Shown here: one piece after another, positions 1 to 10,081 of the stretch
Layout of the letters: each line of letters opens with the position of its first letter
Position numbering within the stretch: the first letter of the stretch is position 1
Source of the DNA: an uncultured Spirochaetota bacterium
Lineage (GTDB): Bacteria > Spirochaetota > Spirochaetia > SZUA-6 > Fen-1364
NCBI GenBank assembly: GCA_963820525.1
Contig: CAWGAA010000001.1
Span: forward strand, 1,600,001 to 1,664,000
Length of the DNA stretch: 64,000 nucleotides
Reading direction: 5' to 3'
Notes under the pieces: generated by a model
What the model saw: only the letters and a program-made list of their open reading frames with translations
Databases searched by the model: none
What the model was told of the DNA's origin: nothing
Made by a program: the position numbers and the translations under genes

Positions 1-102
1 CAGGCAGGTCGCCGCCTGGACAATTCCGATCCTCCATGCTTTCTCCGCCGCTAGAAACGTTCGGCGGGACTGGAGGAACCTCTTCTCCCGGAGGAAGCCG
101 GA

Positions 103-279
103 ATGAAGCGGGATGCTGCTCTCAGCGCGCTCAAGGCCGTGAGCCGGAGCGGAATCGAAATCCCCCGCTATCGCGCGGATTGCCCCTGCACGAAGAAAAA
201 CTGCGAGCTTCATGGCCATTGCATAGAATGCAGGGAAAAGCACGGGAGGAAGGGCCAGCTTCCGCGCTGCGAGAGATGA
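103..279 (+). CDS. Small (58 aa) Cys/His-rich putative metal-binding protein, absent from the ORF track
   Basis: GGAGGA RBS at 90-95, ATG 103, TGA 277-279. Translation MKRDAALSALKAVSRSGIEIPRYRADCPCTKKNCELHGHCIECREKHGRKGQLPRCER has a CxC-x4-C-x2-HG-x-C-x2-C-x3-H...LPxC pattern. Confidence 0.75.
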   Translation: MKRDAALSALKAVSRSGIEIPRYRADCPCTKKNCELHGHCIECREKHGRKGQLPRCER

Positions 280-381
280 ACTGCCGGGCTCTGCGTGGAA
301 GCGGGCCGGGCTCGGCCCCGGTTCGGCTATGGCCCTGCGGCCCGCGGCGACTGACGAAACCGCCACCGGGGAATGCTTGAT

Positions 382-2754
382 TCAGTTCAGGCCCAGAACC
401 GTGAAATGCCGCTCCAGAAGCTCCCCCTCCTCGTCGATCAGGGTCAGGGTATGGTCGCCTGGAGGAACGGAGATGGCCAGCGCGTGGAGGTCTTCCGTTG
501 CGCCGAGATACCAGGAATCCAGGTGCCAGAAGATCCGTGCGACGCGGTTTCGATGGACCGCTTCGGCAACCAGGCGGCCCCGCGTGCCGTCCAGCTCCCG
601 CGGGATGTAGATCTGGCTCCCCTCATGGGGGTAGATGACGCTCATTGCGGAGAGTCCTTCTTCCGGCTCGGCGCCCTTCTTGTACGGCGGGAGCACCCGG
701 TAATCTGCGTTTCCCTGACGGTAGTACCATTCCATGGCCGGAGGCAGGACGAACCAGGAGACATTGCGCATCGGGCCGCCCCGCTCCACCGTGGCATTGG
801 TCCGCCATCTTCCCGTGAGGTCGAGGTGCGCGGTGACGCAATAGGGGCACGGCTGGGGCAGGTGAGCGGAGGCCGGGATCTCCACGGTCTTCGTCCGCTC
901 GCAGTTGGGTCCAGGCGGAAGGCCGCTCCAATAGCAGACCTCGGTTTTCTTCAGATCGTGCATCGGCTTGTCGAACCAGGGTGAATCGGGAAGCATGTCG
1001 AATACGGCGAAAAGGATGGGGGCCGCGGCCGCCGTCCCGCCAAGCTCAGGGCGAGGCTCGCCGTCGGCATTCCCCACCCACACTCCCACCGTGTATTCCC
1101 TGGTCACGCCGATTGCCCAGGCATCCCGAAAACCCTGGCTGGTTCCCGTCTTCCACGCGATCTTCTTGGAAGAGCCGAACTCCTCCCAGCTCTCCCCGCT
1201 TCCCGGCCGCTGGACCTCGAGCAGCGCCTCGAGGGTCAGGTACGCCGCCCCCTGCGAGAAATATCGCCTGCCCTTCTTCGCGGCATCCGCGTCCGCCAGG
1301 ATTGAAGAGGTGAAGTACGGCGCCTCGACCCCCAAGGCGCTGCGGGCAAGTCCCGAGTACATCCCGGCAATCTCCCACAGCGTTCCCTCGGCCCCGCCGA
1401 TGATCAGCGGAAGGCCGTACTCGGAGGCCTTTCTGAAGAGAGTGGTCATGCCCAGCTCCTTCAGGTCTCCATAGAACCTGTCCAGGCTGTACTCGCGAAG
1501 CAGGCGTATCGCGGGGACATTCAATGATCGCGCCAGGGCCATGTACGCGGGAACGGCCCCGCGGTAGGTTCGGGAGTTGTTTTCGGGGATGAATCCCGGA
1601 AACCGCGTGGGGATGTCGGCCACAAGCTGCTCGGGAAGGAGGAGCCCCTCGCTCATCATGGCCGCGTACAGGAAAGGCTTCAGGATGCTCCCCGTGCTCC
1701 TGGGCTGCCGCAAGATGTCAACGTACCCGCCCAAGGCCGAATCGACATCCGGCGAGTTGCCGACATAGGCCAGGGCCTTTCCCGTCCTGTTTTCAAGCAC
1801 GACAACGCATGCATTGCGCACACCGTTTGCCGCAAGGTGCTCCAGGTGCTGGCGCACGATGTCGGATGCCCTCTTTTGCCATTCCAGCCGCAGGGAGGTC
1901 CGGACGGCCCGCTTTTCGAGCGGGCCGAAAGCCCCGCTCTGTATCGAAAACACGAGATGAGGGGCGATCATCGGGATCGGGAATGGCTCGGGGGGCAGGT
2001 CCTCGGCCAGGGAAAGACCCAGGGTGGCGGCATCGAATGCGCCGGTTTCGTGAAGCCTGGCGAGCAGGAGGTCTCTCTTCTGCAAGAGGAGTCCGCGGTT
2101 GCGCTTGAGGTGAATCAGGGCCGGAGAATTCGGCAGGACCGCGAGGGTCGCCGCTTCGGCCCACGACAGCTCCTGGGGAGATCTGCCGAAGTACCGCCAC
2201 GATGCCGCTTCGAGACCCACCACGTTGCCGCCGAACGGAGCGTGGGAGACGAACATCCGCAGTATTTCTTCCTTGGAAAGGAACATCTCCAGCTTGAGCG
2301 CCACCACCACCTCGGCGCATTTTTCAAGCACCCCGCGCCGGGAGTTGCCCAGGGCAAGGCGCGCGGTCTGCATCGTGATGGTGCTGGCGCCGCTCACGAC
2401 CCGCCCCCGTGTCGCGTTCAGCCAGATCGCGCGCACCAGCGCGGCGACATCCACTCCGGCATGCCTGTAAAACCGCTTGTCTTCGAAGGCCAGAAGCGCC
2501 GCCGTGAATTTCGGCGGGACCTTTTCTATCGGAGGGAACCGCCAGGTCTGGTCGCGCGACAGGAGGGCGCCGAGGAGCTCGCCGTCACGATCCGTCACCA
2601 CCAGTGAGTAATCGCCCTTGAACAGATCGGTCGGGATGGCCAGCAGGAGGACGAGAACGGGAATCGCCGCCAGGAGCGGCGGCGATTCCTTCATGGTGAT
2701 CCGGTTGCGTACGAGCCCGAGAATCCTACTTGCTCGCTTTAGGAGCGGCTTCAT
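382..2754 (-). CDS. pbpC: Penicillin-binding protein 1C
   Basis: Transglycosylase motifs (EDKRFYRHAGVD, GASTITMQ), transpeptidase motifs (STGSILKP, SLN, KTGT), C-terminal BiPBP_C-like domain. Lies directly downstream of alpha-2-macroglobulin. Start could be the later ATG (MKESP). Confidence 0.95.
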   Translation of the reverse strand: MKPLLKRASRILGLVRNRITMKESPPLLAAIPVLVLLLAIPTDLFKGDYSLVVTDRDGELLGALLSRDQTWRFPPIEKVPPKFTAALLAFEDKRFYRHAGVDVAALVRAIWLNATRGRVVSGASTITMQTARLALGNSRRGVLEKCAEVVVALKLEMFLSKEEILRMFVSHAPFGGNVVGLEAASWRYFGRSPQELSWAEAATLAVLPNSPALIHLKRNRGLLLQKRDLLLARLHETGAFDAATLGLSLAEDLPPEPFPIPMIAPHLVFSIQSGAFGPLEKRAVRTSLRLEWQKRASDIVRQHLEHLAANGVRNACVVVLENRTGKALAYVGNSPDVDSALGGYVDILRQPRSTGSILKPFLYAAMMSEGLLLPEQLVADIPTRFPGFIPENNSRTYRGAVPAYMALARSLNVPAIRLLREYSLDRFYGDLKELGMTTLFRKASEYGLPLIIGGAEGTLWEIAGMYSGLARSALGVEAPYFTSSILADADAAKKGRRYFSQGAAYLTLEALLEVQRPGSGESWEEFGSSKKIAWKTGTSQGFRDAWAIGVTREYTVGVWVGNADGEPRPELGGTAAAAPILFAVFDMLPDSPWFDKPMHDLKKTEVCYWSGLPPGPNCERTKTVEIPASAHLPQPCPYCVTAHLDLTGRWRTNATVERGGPMRNVSWFVLPPAMEWYYRQGNADYRVLPPYKKGAEPEEGLSAMSVIYPHEGSQIYIPRELDGTRGRLVAEAVHRNRVARIFWHLDSWYLGATEDLHALAISVPPGDHTLTLIDEEGELLERHFTVLGLN

Positions 2755-5700
2755 CGACCGTGATCCATTTCCCTTCAGCCGCGGCGTTGATGGATGCGTC
2801 GTACATCGCCTCCACCTTGGATTGCGGCAGGTAGAACTTGCCGAGATAACTGGCGTTGAGCATGAGCTTCAGCGACTTCTTGCTCCGGCCTCCAAGGCCG
2901 AGGAACGTGAAGACGCGGTCATCCCGGATGTCCTGATATTCGAAGCCCTTCTCGCTGTCCTGGGACCAGCCCTCGAAGCGGGGATTGACTATCTCCCACC
3001 CCGCGGGGGCCATGTATGTCATGGCCAGCTCCTCGTAGCGGCGTGACGTGGGGTTTTCAACCTGGATCTCCGCTATGATATCCGTGCCCTGCGGCAGGGA
3101 GGAGACATCGAGCGGCTTGTTGTCCCTGTCGTAATAATTGACGCTGAGCGAGAGCCCGTTGGATGTCGCGGACTCCTTGCCCGGCGCGGGATTGCCGGTC
3201 TTGACGATCCTGACGTGGATGGGCTCCGCCGACTCGTTCGCGACCCGGATCGACTTCGCCCCGCTCTCGTCCTGGAGGGCCAGGGGCACCCTCTTCACAG
3301 GAGCGTCGCTCTCGACCGCCTCCCGTTTGCCGTTCCACTCGAAGGACATCTTCATGGCAGCCCCGGTCTTCCACGTCACCATGTACTTTCCGATAACCAG
3401 AAGGCTGTAGGCCGTGGTCTGCGTGCTGTACCACTGTTCCGAGGACAACGAATTGGCGATATCGTTGATCAAGGCCGCCGCGTGATCGATCTGGCCCGAC
3501 TCCAGGAGTCCCTCGGCGAGGATTGCCTTGTCCCTGAGGTCGGATCCGAAGGTCCCGCCGAGCTCGACGTAGGGGCTGAGCGGAGGGATCTCCCCCTGGG
3601 TCAGCCGCAATGCCTCCTGCTTCTGCCCCGCCAGGGAATAGGCGGCTGCCAGCTTGTAGCGGATCTCCACGGGCAGGCTCGGGCGCTCCCTCATACGGTT
3701 CATGGCGCCCAGGTCCGGCTCGCCGGCAAGGGCGAGATCGAAGAGGGCATACGCCTGCACAAAGTCGGAGCGGTCCACGTTCCAGCTCCACCTTCCAACT
3801 TGGGTTTTCAGGAAAGAGATCATGTTGCGTTTCATGGCCTCCGGCACGACGTAGCCCAGCCTTTCAGCCTCCAGGATGAAGTGGGCCGCGTACGTGGTGC
3901 TGTAGCTTGAGGCGGTGTCATCCCCCGGCCAATAGCCGAATCCGCCCGAGCTGGTCTGGAAGTGCTGAATCCTGTCGATGCCGGCCTGGACGTTGCGCTG
4001 GACTTCCGCGGCCTCCGCTTCGCTCAATTCGGTGATCTTGTTCAGGTAGAGCTGGGGGAAGGCTCCCGACGTGGTCTGCTCTATGCAGCCGTAGGGGTAG
4101 TGGATGAGGTACTGGAGGCGCCGCTCGAGGTTTATGGGTGCGATCTTGGAGACCTCCAGCACCGCGCTGTTGGTGCCCGGGAGCCCGGGGAGGACGATCT
4201 TCTGATCCCTTGTCTCGCCTTTTTTCAGGACCAGCGAATCCACCGTGGTGATGGAGGGATTCGGCACGCGCACGTCGATCTCCATTTTCTGGCTGGAGCT
4301 GATCTTTCCCGCGGAAGCCGTAATCTCGACCTCGGCGAAGCCGGGGCTGCTCAGGGCCGCGAGATCGAAGGCAACGAGCTGGTCTCCCGGCGACGCAAAG
4401 CTCACGGTCTTCGAGCTTTCACCCACAACCTTGATCTTCCCGCCCGCCTTGACCTTGACGGAGACGGAGGAGATTCCGTTCTCGAGGGCGAACACCGACA
4501 CGGGCAGGGCGAACTGTTCGGTCACGGAGACCACCCGGGGCAGGGTGCCGTACACCATCACCGGCTTCTTGACGGCAACTTCTTTCTCCGCGAATCCGTA
4601 GGCGCTCTCACTACCGGCTACAGCCATGACCCTGACTGCCCCGATGTACTGGGGGATGGAGACCTCGTGGGTCGCGGTCTTTCCCTGCGCCAGGGAGAAA
4701 GGCCCCATGAACCTCACCATCGGCGGGAAGCGGTTCGCCTTGCGGCCTTCCTTGCCCGCGCCCTCTTCCCCTCCACCGACGGCCAGGAGCTTTTCCAGGG
4801 TTCCGCCATATGCTGCAGCAACGAAACCGTACATGTCGAAGGTGCTCACCCCAATGGCATCCCGCTTGAAGAAGTGCCCCCAGGGGTCCGGCGTTGCAAA
4901 GCGGGTCAGGTCCAGGAGCCCGATGTCCACGACGGCCAGGGTGTAGGTCATCGGCTTTCCCGAGGCCTCGGAAACCGAAACCCGAACCGTGCTGTTCGGC
5001 TCGAACACGTTCGCGGACGAGATGACGGGCGAAAGACGCGTCGCGGGATCCTCCACCTTGATCGGGATGATTCCGAACATGCGGATGGGGCGGTCGTTCA
5101 CCGTCTGGCCGTGGGGCTGGACCAGGGAAACGTGGACATAGACGTTCGGCGTCATGGCCTGCGTTATGCGCAGGGGGTAGATGGTCTGGCCGGAACGGGT
5201 TTCGATCCACTCCGTGGAGATCAGCGTCCCGTTGTTCTCGATGGACACGAGGGCCTTCCCCTTCTGTGCCGTGGGAATGGTGATCTTGGCGGTTTCTCCG
5301 ACGGTATAGCTCTCCTTGTCCGCGGAGAAGACGAGCATGCTCGCGCTGTCGCCTCCGCCCTCGGGGCTGGAGTAGTACCAGCCGGGCCAGACCATGTAAA
5401 CGACCTGACCCGTTGCATGACCGCTTTTCATGTCCCGGACCCGAACGAGGTAGCGGCCCCAGACCCTCTCCTTGAACTTCAGGGACCACTCGGCTGCCCC
5501 TCCCTTCACCTTCACCTGCTCGGAGGACATGAGCCGGTAATCCCTGCTTCCGAGGTAGTCGGCGATGTTGTCGTCCTGGCGGTCCCACCACCACCTCCAG
5601 CCGATCTCGTACACGTCGATCCCGACCTCCCCAGAAGGAACGGGCTTTCCATTCGGAGTCACGAGCGCGATCTGGACCTTATGGGGCTGGTCCACGTCGA

Positions 5701-8320
5701 GCCACCCACGGTCCTCGGCGTCGGGGATGCTGATCCCGGCGTATTGCGTGAAGGGATGGAAGGGCATTGAGAAGGTATCCGAGTTGATGTTCCCTCCCGG
5801 CTCGTACACCCGCGTCTTGAAGCTCGCCTTGAGCTTTCCCGGCGCGATGCTGTTCGCCGTGAGGTTCATCGAGAACTGGGCCTTCCCCTCGGAGTCCAGA
5901 GAGCCCTTGAACACCTCCCTGCTCTCCGCCTTGAAGACGCGCACCGGATCGTCGAACGCGTACCCCCGATACGCGGGAAAAGCCGTGGGAATGGAGGTGA
6001 GCTGCACGCTCACGTCAGTGTCCATGTTGCCGGCCACGGCTCCGTGGAGCCACCGCACCTCGATGGAGCCCGCGGCCTCCTCCGTGGTCAGCTCCTGGAC
6101 GCTCCCGAACCCGATGGAGATTTTCAGCCGGTTGGGTTTCACGGTTTCAACGGGAAGCTCCTTGCTGAAGGAAATGCCGCCGACCGTGACCTTGGCCTGG
6201 TAGGTGCCCGTGGGCGCCTCCGCTCCCGTCTCGAGGGCGAAATGATAGAAGCTTCCCACGGGATCGTTCTTTCTTGCTGTTTTCACCAGTCTTCCCGACG
6301 GATCATAAAGCCTGAGGATGACGGGGTGGTCCGCCGGCAGGACCTTGTTCTTGTCTTGGAGAATGAACGTGAGATAAATGGGATCTCCGGGCCTCCACAC
6401 ACCCCTCTCGCCGTAGATGAATCCCTTGATCCCCTGCTGGACCTGCTGGCCCGTGACGTCGAAATGGCTGACGGGGAGATTGCTGGCGCCCTGGAGCTTC
6501 AGATACCCTTTGGTGCCCCTGGCCTCCGCGGTCACGATGAAGCCCTCGTCGGAGAGGGCCAGGGAAGCAAGTCCCGAGGAGTCCGTCCTTGCCTGGGCGA
6601 TCTTTTGAAGCTGATAGTCGAACACCGACACCACGGCATCCGCCACCGGCTCCGCGGTGAGGAGGTTCGAGACGGCAAGGGTGAGCCTGTTGTTGGCGTC
6701 GCTCTGGGCGATGATCCCCAGGTCCGAAACGAGGAAATTCCGCGCGGCGCGAATGGACTTTCCCTCGTAGTAGTAGTTGCTGTAAAAGGCGGGATGCCGC
6801 GGATTGTTCCTGTTCTGGTAGTAGTTGTCGTAGTCGCGCTCCCCCTGCGCGGATCCATAGTCGTCCCAGAACGAAGCGCTCAAGACCCTGAGGTTCGCGG
6901 AAGGCTCCAAGACTTCCAGGTTTTCCAGCGGGAACGACTTGAGCTCGGCCTCGGAGAGCTCAGGCCCCGGGTACTCGATGTGCCGGACGTCGAAGGAGAG
7001 GGTGATCCTGTAGAGGCTGTGCCTGTCGTCCTTCACAAGCGGGGACAGATCGAGCGCCGTCCTGATCCATTGATTGCGCCGATCCGCGGCGTAGGGAACC
7101 GGGACGATCTTCTTCCAAATAGTCTTTCCAACCCTGTTCAGCTCTCTGTCATCGGAAAGCTCGTTCACCTGGAGGAACTGGTCGATGTTGTCGGCGTAGA
7201 TCTTCTGGATCTCCACGATGATGGCGTTGAGGTTCACCGTCTCCACAGGCACCGTCACGCCCTCCTTCTGGGGGAGGATGACTCCATTGCCGATGAACCT
7301 GACTTCCGGGATGAGGGTCTTGAAGGAGATGCTCTGGACCGCGTCCGCGGACAGGACGTCCCCCACGGCGTTCTTGATCCCCTTCTTGACGGAGATCTCC
7401 ACCGTGTCGCCCCAATCAGAGAGGGAGTAGACCTTGAGCACGGTATCCTGGGCGGTGAACCGCAGGCCCCGCGGCGGGTTGGCGGTAATGAATCCACGAT
7501 AATCCTGGCGCGGAAGAAGCGGATCGGAGAAGCTCACCTCCACGAACCGTTCGGGGGACTCCACCGCCTTCACGGAGAGCACCTTGAAGACGCCCTTCTG
7601 GGGAATCTCGACTTCGACGGTCTCTCTCTTTGCGGCATCAACCGCCCCCCCGTCCAGGACGATCGTCAGCCGCTGAGGTTTGTCCCCCTTGACGATGCCC
7701 TTCACGGAAAAGCCATGCTCCACCTTGGAATGGCTCCACTCGATCTTCATGCGCTTCCCGTCCAGGGCAGCGGAAAGCGTTTTCTCGATGGCACTGGCAT
7801 CCGCGACGTCGGATGTCCGCAGGGTGCCGGTGTACTGAAGCTCGCTGATGTTCGATGTGCCCGCGCCCTGAAGCTGCCCCGACTCCACGGAGAGCGTCTG
7901 CGTCACGATCGAGAAGGAGAAGTGAAACCGGCTGGTGGAGGCGAAGCGCGCCGCGTCTATCTTTTGGGGAGATACCTCCACCGTGTATTTGACTCCGCGG
8001 GGAAGCGGCTTCGACGCGTTGCACTCGATGGTCCTTGTATCGGTCCAGACCCAGGAGCCCGGAAGTGAGGGGGAAACCGAGATGACTCCCCGCGCCGTCT
8101 CCTTTCCAACGAGGTCCCGCGGGATCGCCTCATTGACGAATCTCACCATGATCCTGCTTTCCGAGGAGATGGCCCCGGAAGAATGGGCGGAAACAATCTG
8201 GGCGTCCGCTGTGGACTCATAATCGAGATCCTTCCCTCCACCGCCCTTCCCACACGAGATGACAAGCAGGGTGAGGATGAAAACTGCCAGCGCACCGGTG
8301 AGACACGCTTTTTTCGTCAT
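2726..8320 (-). CDS. Bacterial alpha-2-macroglobulin (lipoprotein)
   Basis: Lipobox LVISC, MG2 motif ERGVWRPGD, thioester motif YPYGCIEQ, C-terminal DIRDDR and VEAMYD. Start moved to ATG 8320 after a GGGAGA RBS. Confidence 0.95.
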   Translation of the reverse strand: MTKKACLTGALAVFILTLLVISCGKGGGGKDLDYESTADAQIVSAHSSGAISSESRIMVRFVNEAIPRDLVGKETARGVISVSPSLPGSWVWTDTRTIECNASKPLPRGVKYTVEVSPQKIDAARFASTSRFHFSFSIVTQTLSVESGQLQGAGTSNISELQYTGTLRTSDVADASAIEKTLSAALDGKRMKIEWSHSKVEHGFSVKGIVKGDKPQRLTIVLDGGAVDAAKRETVEVEIPQKGVFKVLSVKAVESPERFVEVSFSDPLLPRQDYRGFITANPPRGLRFTAQDTVLKVYSLSDWGDTVEISVKKGIKNAVGDVLSADAVQSISFKTLIPEVRFIGNGVILPQKEGVTVPVETVNLNAIIVEIQKIYADNIDQFLQVNELSDDRELNRVGKTIWKKIVPVPYAADRRNQWIRTALDLSPLVKDDRHSLYRITLSFDVRHIEYPGPELSEAELKSFPLENLEVLEPSANLRVLSASFWDDYGSAQGERDYDNYYQNRNNPRHPAFYSNYYYEGKSIRAARNFLVSDLGIIAQSDANNRLTLAVSNLLTAEPVADAVVSVFDYQLQKIAQARTDSSGLASLALSDEGFIVTAEARGTKGYLKLQGASNLPVSHFDVTGQQVQQGIKGFIYGERGVWRPGDPIYLTFILQDKNKVLPADHPVILRLYDPSGRLVKTARKNDPVGSFYHFALETGAEAPTGTYQAKVTVGGISFSKELPVETVKPNRLKISIGFGSVQELTTEEAAGSIEVRWLHGAVAGNMDTDVSVQLTSIPTAFPAYRGYAFDDPVRVFKAESREVFKGSLDSEGKAQFSMNLTANSIAPGKLKASFKTRVYEPGGNINSDTFSMPFHPFTQYAGISIPDAEDRGWLDVDQPHKVQIALVTPNGKPVPSGEVGIDVYEIGWRWWWDRQDDNIADYLGSRDYRLMSSEQVKVKGGAAEWSLKFKERVWGRYLVRVRDMKSGHATGQVVYMVWPGWYYSSPEGGGDSASMLVFSADKESYTVGETAKITIPTAQKGKALVSIENNGTLISTEWIETRSGQTIYPLRITQAMTPNVYVHVSLVQPHGQTVNDRPIRMFGIIPIKVEDPATRLSPVISSANVFEPNSTVRVSVSEASGKPMTYTLAVVDIGLLDLTRFATPDPWGHFFKRDAIGVSTFDMYGFVAAAYGGTLEKLLAVGGGEEGAGKEGRKANRFPPMVRFMGPFSLAQGKTATHEVSIPQYIGAVRVMAVAGSESAYGFAEKEVAVKKPVMVYGTLPRVVSVTEQFALPVSVFALENGISSVSVKVKAGGKIKVVGESSKTVSFASPGDQLVAFDLAALSSPGFAEVEITASAGKISSSQKMEIDVRVPNPSITTVDSLVLKKGETRDQKIVLPGLPGTNSAVLEVSKIAPINLERRLQYLIHYPYGCIEQTTSGAFPQLYLNKITELSEAEAAEVQRNVQAGIDRIQHFQTSSGGFGYWPGDDTASSYSTTYAAHFILEAERLGYVVPEAMKRNMISFLKTQVGRWSWNVDRSDFVQAYALFDLALAGEPDLGAMNRMRERPSLPVEIRYKLAAAYSLAGQKQEALRLTQGEIPPLSPYVELGGTFGSDLRDKAILAEGLLESGQIDHAAALINDIANSLSSEQWYSTQTTAYSLLVIGKYMVTWKTGAAMKMSFEWNGKREAVESDAPVKRVPLALQDESGAKSIRVANESAEPIHVRIVKTGNPAPGKESATSNGLSLSVNYYDRDNKPLDVSSLPQGTDIIAEIQVENPTSRRYEELAMTYMAPAGWEIVNPRFEGWSQDSEKGFEYQDIRDDRVFTFLGLGGRSKKSLKLMLNASYLGKFYLPQSKVEAMYDASINAAAEGKWITVDEAAPKASK

Positions 8321-8396
8321 GAGACATCTCCCTTCTGAAGTTTTTATTGATTCGCGGGGGCGTCGGCGCCATTTTCCTCCACCTCGCGCCCCATAA

Positions 8397-8425
8397 AGTA
8401 TAGCCCGCCGCGATCCAGGCCGCAA
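8397..8425 (-). promoter_or_regulatory. Putative sigma-70 promoter of the a2m-pbpC operon
   Basis: TTGCGG-17 bp-TATACT on the minus strand. Confidence 0.5.
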
Positions 8426-8559
8426 TCACACGGCGGGGAGCGTGTGCACGCCGTCTGCAATCACTTGTCGTTCCGCCATGAATGATATACTCTGCGCCAG
8501 ATCCGCGATGCGGTCCCGCATCGGCTTTCACCGTCCGATCTGCGGAAAGGGGTCACCCC

Positions 8560-10074
8560 ATGGACGCAAGCTTCCAGAACAGGGATATCATCTCGATCAC
8601 GGATTTCTCCCGCGAGGAGATCCTCCAGCTCTGCGAGGCGGGAAAGCGGATGTACGAGCTGGAGAAGAGCGGAAAGCGCAACAGCCTGCGCGACGCCCTG
8701 AAGTACCGCACCCTCTCCTACATGTTCTACGAGCCGAGCACCCGCACCCGCACCAGCTTCAATACGGGGATGCGCGAGCTCGGGGGGCGCTACGACGGGT
8801 TCTCCGGCACGGAGGGCACCTCCGTGATGAAGAACGAAACGGTGCGCGACACGGTCACCATGATGTGCGCCAACCACTTCGACGTGATCGTGATGCGTCA
8901 TCCCCTCGACGGATCCCTCCAGTGGGCCGCGGACGTGGCCAACATCCCCGTGGTGAACGGCGGGGACGGAAAGAACGAGCACCCGACGCAGGCGCTGCTC
9001 GACGTGCTCACGCTCTTCGTCCTGAAAAACGGAAAGCTGGACGGCCTTCGGGTGGGATTCGGAGGGGACCTCTCCCACGGCCGCACGGTCCGCTCGCTCA
9101 GCCTTGCGCTCTCACACTTCGACCACATCTCCATCCGCTGGGCCGCCGAGGACTTCCTCGGGATGCCGGAGGACCTCGCGCAGCTCTTGTCGGCGCGGGG
9201 AGTGAAGGTGGCGCGGGAGAAATCGGTGCGCGACGTCATGGGCAACGTCGACTTCTACTACATGACCCGGCCCCAGCTCGAGCGCATGCCCGGGGTCACG
9301 CAGAAGGACATCATGGCCATGATGAAGCAGTACCGCATAGACCTGGACAAGGTAAGGGGGTTCGACGTGCACGTCCTGCACCCCCTGCCGGTGAACAGCG
9401 AGGTGGCGGAGATCGACTACCGCGTGTACTTCACCCCGGCGCAGGCCTTCTTCGCCCAGGCCGAGTTCGGCATCTTCCTCAGAAAGGCGCTCCTGTACGA
9501 GATGCTCCGCCAGGAGAGCTACCTCCGCTACGACAGCCGCCTCCCCGCGGAGCTTGAAAAGGGGAACAACCGCCTGCCGCGCGCTCTCCACGGGACCAAG
9601 CAGCAGGCCATGTTCATAGACAAGATCAACAACGGCACCGTGATCGACCATCTGGCGGAGGGTACCCTCCGCGCGGTGGATGCCGTCCTCGACCTCGAAA
9701 ACCGCGGCCATTCCTGCACCACGGCCGTGATCGCCGAAAAGAAGCACCCCTTCATCAAGACGAACCTCCCCGAGCTCACCGAGCGGGACCTGAAGCAGAT
9801 CGCGCTCATCTCCCCGGAACCGACCGTCAACTACATCCAGGACGGCAGGGCGAGGGAGAAGTTCGTCTACCTCCTCTGCCGGAACTCCAACTGCATCACG
9901 CGCACGATCAACGAGGACGTGCCGCCCAAGTTCTACGCCGACTCGGGCGCCATCCGCTGCCGCTATTGCAGACGGCCCTACACGGTTTCTAGCTCCAAGG
10001 TGAACGACGATGAAAGGCGCGCCTACCTGCGCTCCCTTCCCGGCGGCATCACGACGGTGGCCTACCCGGACTGA
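8560..10074 (+). CDS. pyrB: Aspartate carbamoyltransferase catalytic/regulatory fusion (PyrBI)
   Basis: FYEPSTRT, HPTQALLD and HPLP motifs, followed by a PyrI domain (NGTVIDH, CRNSNC...CRYC zinc site). Confidence 0.93.
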   Translation: MDASFQNRDIISITDFSREEILQLCEAGKRMYELEKSGKRNSLRDALKYRTLSYMFYEPSTRTRTSFNTGMRELGGRYDGFSGTEGTSVMKNETVRDTVTMMCANHFDVIVMRHPLDGSLQWAADVANIPVVNGGDGKNEHPTQALLDVLTLFVLKNGKLDGLRVGFGGDLSHGRTVRSLSLALSHFDHISIRWAAEDFLGMPEDLAQLLSARGVKVAREKSVRDVMGNVDFYYMTRPQLERMPGVTQKDIMAMMKQYRIDLDKVRGFDVHVLHPLPVNSEVAEIDYRVYFTPAQAFFAQAEFGIFLRKALLYEMLRQESYLRYDSRLPAELEKGNNRLPRALHGTKQQAMFIDKINNGTVIDHLAEGTLRAVDAVLDLENRGHSCTTAVIAEKKHPFIKTNLPELTERDLKQIALISPEPTVNYIQDGRAREKFVYLLCRNSNCITRTINEDVPPKFYADSGAIRCRYCRRPYTVSSSKVNDDERRAYLRSLPGGITTVAYPD

Positions 10075-10081
10075 AAGCGCG

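Noticed and set aside
1..37. Possible minus-strand gene start (ATG 37, GGAGA upstream) running off the window
   Set aside because: Only 12 codons are visible; it cannot be supported.
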